Shown here in pieces: positions 1 through 7,445 of a stretch of DNA of 35,842 nt. The position numbers and the translations under genes are program-made. The first letter of the stretch is position 1. Each line of letters opens with the position of its first letter. The notes beneath the pieces are model-generated. The model was not told the DNA's origin. It saw nothing but the letters and a program-made list of their open reading frames with translations, and did not search any database. Origin of the DNA: Perkinsus olseni. Lineage: Eukaryota. Where the stretch lies: contig JABANN010000357.1 of NCBI GenBank assembly GCA_013115125.1, positions 1 to 35,842 on the forward strand, given 5' to 3'.

Positions 1-1140
1 GACGAAGATCGACCTAAGCTCGGAGTTGAGGTTTCGGCAACACCCGGGAATGAAGGATTTGTAACGCCCCTAGCGGGAAGTGGCGCTTCAAGCTTGGGCT
101 CTCAAGTACCGAAGAATCCGAATGCCATCGCCGCGAAGGTGTTCCTGCCAAAACTGAAGGATAGATTTCGGTTTCGGGAACATAACGAAATGGTTGGCAT
201 TGTCTTCTATGAGGCGGGGCTTGGTACTTCAGATAGTCAGGGTAACTTCACTGCGACGGTGCCTCAGACGATATTGGTAACCAAGTACCTACAGAGTCTT
301 GAGAGTGTCACCGAGGTGTATGAGCGTGCTATGGACGTCGCCCTACAGACCAAATATCGCTGGAGAGAGATGAGCGATATACTCAACCAGGCCTTTGGGG
401 ACCGGGTCGCGATGCGCACCGAAGTCGCGCGCCGACTCCGAGACCTGAGGTTCCGAGGATTTCAGCATGTCGACGACTTCACCCACCAGATCACCATCAT
501 CACCAACATGTGGATGGCGGTCTACTCGTCAGGGTTCAGTGAGTCGCGTTACCTCGTGGCTAGCTTCCTTGCCAAGTTACCGTCCGATACTCTGGAAGGG
601 GTGGTTAATGGCATCTTGCGGGAGGTTCCCAAGGAGGGTGCTCCGATCTGGGAGGATTATGTCCAGCTTCATAGTACGGCACCTGCTCCGAGATTAGCCC
701 CCTCTTTTGATCTGTGCGAATCGATTAGGTCTGCCTGTAAAGTTGCGGAGGTCACTCATCATCTGCAACCCAAACCATCAGCAGATAGGGTTCGTCAAGT
801 CTCGGATAATCAAGGAGCTTTCCGCCGTGGACCCACTATTACTGAGTGGGCTTCCAAATTTCCCGAAGGGTCGGTAGTGTACTTCCGCACTGATAAGCCG
901 GTCTCTCCAGAGGTTCTCCGCAAGACCTTCAACGGTCTGGGCGCCAGGGAGGTGCGCGCCCACGTTCATAAGCGTGGGCACCGGTTTGGTTTCGCGGCCC
1001 TCAACAACGGAGCCGAAGCTGCCAAGCTGATCCAGAACGGTGTGCCTGCGAGTTCTGATGGGGCGAACCAGGGTCTCCAGATCCGTACATTCGTCCCCGG
1101 AGGCACTCGCGGGAGGCTGCCTATGAAGTCGGGAAACTAA
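1..1140 (+). CDS. gag: Gag-like protein (5' partial) with a C-terminal RRM-like segment
   Basis: Frame 1 is open from base 1 (DEDRPKLGVEV...) to TAA 1138-1140. It has a capsid-like helical stretch (RWREMSDILNQAFGD...RRLRDLRF...VDDF) and lies directly upstream of pol. Confidence 0.8.
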   Translation, partial: DEDRPKLGVEVSATPGNEGFVTPLAGSGASSLGSQVPKNPNAIAAKVFLPKLKDRFRFREHNEMVGIVFYEAGLGTSDSQGNFTATVPQTILVTKYLQSLESVTEVYERAMDVALQTKYRWREMSDILNQAFGDRVAMRTEVARRLRDLRFRGFQHVDDFTHQITIITNMWMAVYSSGFSESRYLVASFLAKLPSDTLEGVVNGILREVPKEGAPIWEDYVQLHSTAPAPRLAPSFDLCESIRSACKVAEVTHHLQPKPSADRVRQVSDNQGAFRRGPTITEWASKFPEGSVVYFRTDKPVSPEVLRKTFNGLGAREVRAHVHKRGHRFGFAALNNGAEAAKLIQNGVPASSDGANQGLQIRTFVPGGTRGRLPMKSGN

Positions 1141-1175
1141 TTGCGGTTCCATCTCCGAGAGGGGGTGGTGGGGCC
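1131..1175 (+). promoter_or_regulatory. Programmed -1 ribosomal frameshift signal
   Basis: Slippery heptamer G GGA AAC (1131-1137) is in gag phase just before the stop. A hairpin CCATCTCC-GAGA-GGGGGTGG (1149-1168, extendable to 1145-1175) follows. The -1 frame is stop-free into the pol ORF. Confidence 0.85.
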
Positions 1176-4100
1176 ACTACTACTAACGATCACTGTGGAC
1201 TGGTTGATCCATGTGACTACGTTTCTGTACCACTTCACTCTTCTTTGCATGATGATCAAACCCCTCATACTGCCAATTCCAGTGCAAGCTGTGATACTTG
1301 CTTTGATTCGTCCAAGAATTGTATTGATTCTTCATCTGTCTATGCATATGAGTATTCGAAATCGTCATCAAACCCCCAAGACCAGGTAGACCCAGATAGA
1401 CCTTTACAGGGCGCATTTTTGGATACTAGTAATGAATCCCCCTTAGTTGGTCCACCTTTCGACTCTGAAATAGATTGTGTGAATTATGGCTCATCAGGGC
1501 CCTTACCGGAAATCGTATTATCCGGATCTCTCGATAACCACAATGTTCAGCTCATTGTTGATTCTGGTGCCGGCTTCTCTTACATCTCTAGAGTAGATGG
1601 GGAGCGTATGAAGTTTACTCCTCGCAAAGCAAGCTCAATAGCCGTCAGAGTCGCCAATGGGGAGCAGGTTCAGGTTTCGGAGGTTCTCTGTGGACAGTTG
1701 TCTCTAAAAGACTCCAATGAGGAAGTCGTAACTTCCCCTCAGGCGTGTGAGATTCGCATCCTACCAATCTGTAGCAGTGTAGGCAGCTCACATGTGCCGT
1801 CTATCCTCTTAGGACGGGATCTTCAGCGGTCCTTCAAATTGGTTATCGATGGTGGCGAAAGAGTATTTTTATCCGGCGTCTGCATATTTGATGCTCAGAT
1901 ATCACGTACAGAACCGTCAGCATGTTCCTACGTGCACGATTATCTGCGATGCATCGAGCCGGCTCCATTACCTGACTTGAGGGTAGCCCAACCGTCGGCA
2001 GACTCGTTTGTCAACTTACCATGTCCCGCGAGTGCTACCCGTCCTCTCAAAGAGTTGTGTGAGAGTCTATGCACTGCTGTACCATTCGGCCCAGACGACC
2101 GAGGATATTCTTCTGAACTCCGATGCTTGCCAGAAGGCGAGGTACCTTTCCCTCCGGGACAACGGTATGTGTGGGCTATTTGCTCTCCGTCGTTACCTAA
2201 ATCCCTGTCCATTCGTCACTACGCCCATCGCCTGTATGAGAAGCTCTGTCCCGAAGCACGGACCTTACACAAAGAGCTGATTGAGGGATACGTTAGTCGC
2301 GGCCTGTGGAAGCCGACAGCAGACGTTCCCCCAGGCTATGCTGAGGGTGAAGTATTCATGGTGGGTGGTCCTGGTAGTGGTGCTACTTCAAGAACGGCAT
2401 GCAAAGGGCGCCTCGTATGCGACCTCAGGGAGACTAATGAGAACCTTCCGCCATCGAGCACATGTACCTTACCCGTTGTCACAATAATAGCCGCTCTGAG
2501 GGCAACTTGCCCTCCGCTAGTGGTCACCGCTGATGTGCACAGCGCTTTTTACATGCTACGGTTGTGCACTTCCTTCCATGCGTCTTCACACAATACTTCT
2601 GCCGATACCAGGGAGACCCGATCATCGTCATCGGTAGTGTCATCAGGCCATTGTCCTCATGACCACCATAAATGTCTCCCCGGCTTTGCATTACATTGCG
2701 GCGACGGAGGGAAGTATCTATCTCATCGGGTATGTTTTGGATGTTTATTTGGTCCCGAGTCGCTTGAATGCTCACTCGGACGACAAATCCAATCGTTTCG
2801 CACTTCACCTATCTGCAATTTGGTGTCAAGTGGGATAGCACACTTTGTCGATGACCTCTTGTTACATTTCGCAATCGAGGATGCATGTAAAATTGTATTC
2901 TTATTATCAGTATTATTATGCTATCTATCCCTGTGTGGATTTGCAATCTCTATTCTTAAATTTGCTATCCTAGTGCACCATTCCGTACACTCCCAGGCGG
3001 CGTCTCTACATACCTACGTCCGGGAGTCCATGCCGGTGCTGGGTGTTCTGCTCTCGTATGACCAGGAAGGACTCGTGGTGGATTGCAATCGTCGACCGGG
3101 GCTTGAGAAGGCCAAACGATTGTTAGAAGCTGAATGCTGGTCACGTCAGACAGTTTACCGCATTGGTGGCGCTCTGGGCGTAGATAAGGCGGGCTTACAT
3201 GCTGAGATCAAGCCGTTATGTGATGCTGCGCGAAGACTGTTCGGACGTATTCCGAGAAGTGTACCATGGACTACTATGTTGAGTGACGGAGATCTGACAC
3301 CGGCGCAACGAGAGTGTTGGCAACATATCCGTGAACAGATGTTGGCCTATATTGATGAGGGTCTAAAACATCCATGTCATCACGGCACCCCAATCCTATC
3401 GTCTGCGACACCCCGATGCTTGGTTCTACAAACGGATTCAAGTGGGTCTGGTGGTGGATACTACATTTATATTCTTCTTCCTTCGGGTGAAGAAGTCCCC
3501 TTGGTGACAGATAGTTGGATATGGTCTCCCCGACAAGCTCGGTATCATTCAAATCGTCGCGAACTCCTCAGTCTCTTTCGTGGAGTTGCCAGTACCGCAC
3601 GAATACTTCAACAACTACAGTCTACTCAATATCAGTCATGTAAGCCACTAGACAAATGGTTGAAGTTGGTTATAGAGTGTGATAATGCTGCTTCCGTTCG
3701 ATGGTGCCATACTACAGCTTCTACACTCAAGGTGACCGCGGTCGAGAGGGACGCCATTATTCGGTTGGTTGGGGCGCTTGGCACTCAACTTCACTCCATT
3801 AAGGCTTTGGTCCCTTATGAGATTCGCCACTTGCCGGGGATATCTAACACAAGGGCAGACGGGTTGAGCAGGGTTCTTGAAGCGCCCATTACTGGTTCCT
3901 CGGCGACCATTCACTCCTTGTTGCGGGCCGTCATTGCGGAGGAGACCACTTCCTCCGAAAAGCAGAAGAAGGGACTCTTCGAAACGGCCGAGGAGATGCA
4001 TGCCGAGGGCGAGCGCGATGCCGATACCGATTGGTGCTGTGATGGGTGCCCTGGGCATCTTCTGCCATCTCCAGAAACCAATGCTATTTATGAGGATGGT

Positions 4101-5558
4101 GTTCGTCTGGTGGAAGAGTGTCTTCCTTTTGTCACGCCCGAGATACAGACAACTGCATTCGTTGACAACTGCTGTTTAACCAGAGATGTATCTTCGGTGG
4201 ACTCTCCATCTCCGAGTTGCCCGCTGGTACGTCGTCTGAAAGAATGCAGCTGGGGGGCGGGGGGTATGTTCTATATGGTTGCGGTTATGCGGTGGTGCCT
4301 TAAAACTTGGAAGACCCTGTCCCAAGACCCTAACTCTACGGCCTCTATTGATTACCCTACGGTATGGGATCGTTCTGATCTGCTGGTGATCGTACGTAGT
4401 GATCAACACAATTACCCTAACGTACCTCCTTGTAGCGAGGTAGGTCGTGGTACGGGACCATATTTTCGAATTGATAGTGTTGTTCACCTTCGATCGGCAG
4501 GACCAACGGGGATTGTAGAGTATAAGCCTTATGTCTCACCGTATTTGCGAGATATTCTCCTCCGAGATATTCACCGTTCCAATGACCACTGCTCTCCTTC
4601 TTATGCTCGTTCCCAACTCCTTACAGGGTATTGCAGTACCCGGGTGACGATAGCTGCTAGACAGATTTGTAGAAAGCAGTGTTCTCTATGTATTCAGTTC
4701 GCTCGTAAGGCTAAATGGACTCTACCGGTCGGGGGGCCGATGTTCGATATTCGTACGCTCCTTACATCACCATCTTATCGGCCTTATGAGGCCATCGGTG
4801 TCGATTATGTCACTGTTGAGGGGATTAAAGTAGTAAGTTTTTGTTGCGTGGCAACACGCCATATGACTCTTATTTATACTCCCACTGAGTCGACGTCGGG
4901 CCTTATAATGGCGTTCCAGGAATTTATGATGCTCTGGGGGACTCCTCGCATAGTCCTGAGTGACCGAGCGTCGTACTTTAAGAGCGTTCTGTGGAATCAG
5001 TTCCTCAAAAGTCACAATATTCTATCCTGGTTGAACGCCTCTGTGGCTCCGTGGGAGGGATCGTACTATGAAAGACTGCATGGCATCGTAAGGACTATCT
5101 TAAGGCCGATGCTCTTGATACCTTATACTCGTCGGATGCTCCGTGAGTTTGATCCTCGCAGTGTCCAAGATGTTCGTTCGCTGCGGTTGCTGTTGTTAGA
5201 GGTATCTCTGCTGTTGAACACTCGCCCGCTCACTATTGATTGCGAGGACGGGGTTATCACTCCCGACTCTCTGGTACAAGGATATACTCGGTCTACGTCT
5301 AGTACCTCTTCACCGAGTCCCATTGTTGAGACGGGTGATGCTGTACCGCCAGCACCAGACTGTGTTGGTGCGGCGGCTGTACCTATAAGTCCTCCTGCTG
5401 CAGTCCTTCCTTCTAGAGGACCTGATACTGCTCCGCGTCGGGTGGCGGCTGTCCGTAGGGTGTTCCTGGATTACCACTTCCGCCGGTTGAAGGAGCGTAG
5501 TAACGCTCAGTTTCATTCTAACGGGCATTGGTTCTCCCGTGTTCATCCAAGCCGCTAA
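1137..5558 (+). CDS. pol: Pol polyprotein: aspartic protease, reverse transcriptase, RNase H, integrase
   Basis: PR: LIVDSGAGFSYI...ILLGRD. RT: GRLVCDLR, ADVHSAFY, FVDDLLL. RH: LQTDSSGSGGG, RRELL, ECDN, HLPGISNTRADGLSR. IN: HRSNDH...CSLC, GVDY, LSDRASYF, APWEGSYYERL, LNTRPL. Confidence 0.93.
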   Translation, partial: LIAVPSPRGGGGATTTNDHCGLVDPCDYVSVPLHSSLHDDQTPHTANSSASCDTCFDSSKNCIDSSSVYAYEYSKSSSNPQDQVDPDRPLQGAFLDTSNESPLVGPPFDSEIDCVNYGSSGPLPEIVLSGSLDNHNVQLIVDSGAGFSYISRVDGERMKFTPRKASSIAVRVANGEQVQVSEVLCGQLSLKDSNEEVVTSPQACEIRILPICSSVGSSHVPSILLGRDLQRSFKLVIDGGERVFLSGVCIFDAQISRTEPSACSYVHDYLRCIEPAPLPDLRVAQPSADSFVNLPCPASATRPLKELCESLCTAVPFGPDDRGYSSELRCLPEGEVPFPPGQRYVWAICSPSLPKSLSIRHYAHRLYEKLCPEARTLHKELIEGYVSRGLWKPTADVPPGYAEGEVFMVGGPGSGATSRTACKGRLVCDLRETNENLPPSSTCTLPVVTIIAALRATCPPLVVTADVHSAFYMLRLCTSFHASSHNTSADTRETRSSSSVVSSGHCPHDHHKCLPGFALHCGDGGKYLSHRVCFGCLFGPESLECSLGRQIQSFRTSPICNLVSSGIAHFVDDLLLHFAIEDACKIVFLLSVLLCYLSLCGFAISILKFAILVHHSVHSQAASLHTYVRESMPVLGVLLSYDQEGLVVDCNRRPGLEKAKRLLEAECWSRQTVYRIGGALGVDKAGLHAEIKPLCDAARRLFGRIPRSVPWTTMLSDGDLTPAQRECWQHIREQMLAYIDEGLKHPCHHGTPILSSATPRCLVLQTDSSGSGGGYYIYILLPSGEEVPLVTDSWIWSPRQARYHSNRRELLSLFRGVASTARILQQLQSTQYQSCKPLDKWLKLVIECDNAASVRWCHTTASTLKVTAVERDAIIRLVGALGTQLHSIKALVPYEIRHLPGISNTRADGLSRVLEAPITGSSATIHSLLRAVIAEETTSSEKQKKGLFETAEEMHAEGERDADTDWCCDGCPGHLLPSPETNAIYEDGVRLVEECLPFVTPEIQTTAFVDNCCLTRDVSSVDSPSPSCPLVRRLKECSWGAGGMFYMVAVMRWCLKTWKTLSQDPNSTASIDYPTVWDRSDLLVIVRSDQHNYPNVPPCSEVGRGTGPYFRIDSVVHLRSAGPTGIVEYKPYVSPYLRDILLRDIHRSNDHCSPSYARSQLLTGYCSTRVTIAARQICRKQCSLCIQFARKAKWTLPVGGPMFDIRTLLTSPSYRPYEAIGVDYVTVEGIKVVSFCCVATRHMTLIYTPTESTSGLIMAFQEFMMLWGTPRIVLSDRASYFKSVLWNQFLKSHNILSWLNASVAPWEGSYYERLHGIVRTILRPMLLIPYTRRMLREFDPRSVQDVRSLRLLLLEVSLLLNTRPLTIDCEDGVITPDSLVQGYTRSTSSTSSPSPIVETGDAVPPAPDCVGAAAVPISPPAAVLPSRGPDTAPRRVAAVRRVFLDYHFRRLKERSNAQFHSNGHWFSRVHPSR

Positions 5559-5724
5559 GTCCATTGTGCCAGCACGCATTTTGGAGGCCTACCCGGCGCG
5601 TGATGGGGTCGTTCGTCGATATAAGGTGAGATTCCTTCGGAGTGATCATGAAACAGTGATCAGTCATGCTAATATTGCTGCTGCTTCCCCGTGGGAATCC
5701 TTAGTTTCCGATGACGATCTGTGA
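5491..5724 (+). pseudogene. Integrase C-terminal tail (Bel/Pao DUF5641-like) in the +1 frame relative to pol
   Basis: IGSPVFIQ...PARILEAYPARDGVVRRYKVR resembles the Bel/Pao VGDxVL...GRIxEVxPGxDGxVRVVxV tail but is out of frame with pol. Confidence 0.7.
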
Positions 5725-5799
5725 TTCGTTCCGGTCCTCTCTCTACTGATGTATTTCTCTTTATTTCTGTTATATAGCCTGACTGATCAGGGGGGCGTA

Positions 5800-6049
5800 T
5801 ATTGATGCTCGATCAGTTAGTTTGGTAGAGATTGTCTCCCTCTGTACATGCGTGCAGATGGTCTCCTGTGCTAGCGTGCTATTGTGCTAGCGTGGGATTA
5901 TTATGAGCCTTGAGTATTGAGCGTCGATAGCTGTTAATTCCGTAGCCATCTTGGCTCAAGGTCTCAGTGTACGTTTGGTTGACGCATCTCTCCAGCTATG
6001 TCGGGTCGTGTTGACTCCAGTAACCACCCAGAGGCATCGAACAGCAACA
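5800..6049 (+). repeat. 3' LTR (~250 bp)
   Basis: Follows the PPT. Start TATTGATGCTCGAT matches the reverse complement of the end, TGTTGCTGTTCGAT, at 11/14 ungapped; the LTR ends ...CAACA. Homology to a host paralogous locus begins at 6050. The 5' LTR is outside the window, so there is no direct-repeat confirmation. Confidence 0.72.
5939..5960 (+). ncRNA. Spliced-leader exon (Perkinsus/dinoflagellate type) with GT donor, embedded in the LTR
   Basis: TCCGTAGCCATCTTGGCTCAAG fits DCCGTAGCCATYTTGGCTCAAG (Perkinsus SL ACCGTAGCCATCTTGGCTCAAG) and is followed immediately by GT at 5961-5962. Confidence 0.9.
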
Positions 6050-6462
6050 CTGCTGGTGTGCAGCTTGCTTCGATCCCACGTGATTCTGAATGTCTAACCC
6101 CGGCACGAGTCGTCGTCGACTATAGTCAAGCATGCGATTCAGGAAATAGTGATCAAATGATCACCGATTGCGGAAGAGAATACTGGAAGGCTTGTATTAT
6201 GGGAGTTCATCAATCTTACGACCGTGAGACAGTCTCGTTGAGACATACGTTTCATCTACTGCGCCGAAGAGTACATCAGAGGGCTCGGGATTTGCTGCCG
6301 AATGCCCCCTTGATTCGAGAAACCCGGTGGTAACGGGACAGCCGCTAGCCGGTGAACGTGATATCGACAGCACCTCGTCATCAAGCGCACAGCTATTTTG
6401 ACGAGCAAAAAACTCAACGTTACAACTGGAGGCGAAAGAGCCTGCCGGCAGCCGGCGACAAC
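6050..6462. repeat. ~400-bp dispersed repeat, copy 1 (paralog of 12936-13330)
   Basis: Colinear shared blocks: CTGCTGGTGTGCA, ACGTGATTCTGAATGTCTAA, AGCCGCTAGCCGGTGAACGT, CGTCATCAAGCGCA, AAAACTCAACGTTA. Confidence 0.9.
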
Positions 6463-6832
6463 TGCGTCTTCCTCGTTTCAGATTTTCCGACACCCACAGA
6501 GAGAGTTAGCGGTCGCTCAAGGACCTCAACACTGGCGCCGCTGAAGAATAAAGTTCGTATTCTTTGCTGTGCGGCGCCAGCGCAAGATTCAGCCGCAGCG
6601 TTTCATCTTGTGATATGCTCCGAGAATTTCTAGCTTAGAAATTCTAAGCACGTGGGATATCGACTCTTGATCCGTTCCTTTGCGCATTCGTAAATGGTTA
6701 CAACACAGCAGGCTAATTTATGAGCTCCGTCGCTCAAACAAAATGCTATCTGGAGCTGTGGACCGGCCTTATCTTTACGCGCAGTATCACCTCAGACTTT
6801 CAGGTTGAGTCTTTTCTTCAGTCTTCTTCGCC

Positions 6833-7445
6833 ATGACCGATACCGGTGTAGATGCTTCTTGCCTAGTAGCCTACAACAGCTTCAAGCAGAATCGTGACAA
6901 GAGGTGGTCTCAGGTTAGACTTTAGAGTCTCGATGTAGCCGACCTTTGTCAGGTACATCGTCTTCAGGGCCAATGATTATGATCAAGTCGTCGTAGCCTC
7001 CGAGGGTGGCAGGGATAAGACTTACACTGATTTTATGGACGTACCAAGAGGACTTGCCGATGCCGATACGATGCCTCTGCTCCGTCTCATTGTAGTCTAC
7101 GTTCTTGTTTGTAGGCCATCGCTGACGAGAGAGAGCCCGGCTATGGCGTTGTGGACTTCAAGCCCGAAGGGTCTGAGGAGGTACGTCGTGTCTACCTGCG
7201 CCTCTCCCGATTTCTTTGGATCAGGAGAAAACGTTGCTCCTTCTCTGGGTGCCTGATTCCTGTATTATGAAGAAGAGGATGCTGTAGGATGCTCTCTGTT
7301 CCCGACGATTTTCATCCCACCCGCCTTTAGGCTGGTGTCTCTGGAACAGACGATGCAGCGCTATTTTGAGGGAACTCACAGAGTAATCACTATTCGTGAT
7401 CTTAGTGAACTGGTTCCGGAGTCCGTCTCGAGACAATTGCAATAG
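6833..7445 (+). CDS. Actin depolymerizing factor/cofilin-like protein, 5 exons
   Basis: Spliced product: MTDTGVDASCLVAYNSFKQNRDKRYIVFRANDYDQVVVASEGGRDKTYTDFMDAIADEREPGYGVVDFKPEGSEEEKTLLLLWVPDSCIMKKRMLLVSLEQTMQRYFEGTHRVITIRDLSELVPESVSRQLQ. ADF motifs RYIVF, YxVxDF, WxPD...KRML; four GT-AG introns. Candidate trans-splice acceptor CTTTTCTTCAG at 6811-6821. Confidence 0.85.

Larger units (their letters stand above)
1..6049 (+). mobile_element. LTR retrotransposon, cut by the 5' window edge (gag, -1 frameshift, PR-RT-RH-IN, PPT, 3' LTR); integrase is Bel/Pao-like
   Basis: gag and pol ORFs with domain order PR-RT-RH-IN. Purine tract AGGGGGG at 5789-5795 is followed by a ~250-bp segment with imperfect inverted termini. 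Host-like flank resumes at 6050. Confidence 0.93.

Noticed and set aside
467-5579. Many short ORFs overlapping gag/pol on both strands
   Set aside because: Shadow ORFs without motifs.
6041-6043. Alternative LTR end at ...CGAACA (6043)
   Set aside because: It needs gaps to match the LTR start. The 6049 end gives an ungapped 11/14 inverted match and coincides with the start of flank homology. It is not fully excluded without the 5' LTR.
5998-6333. 111-aa ORF as an env-like or extra element gene
   Set aside because: It crosses the LTR end into host flank. Only the first ~17 codons are element-derived, and there is no TM or signal peptide.
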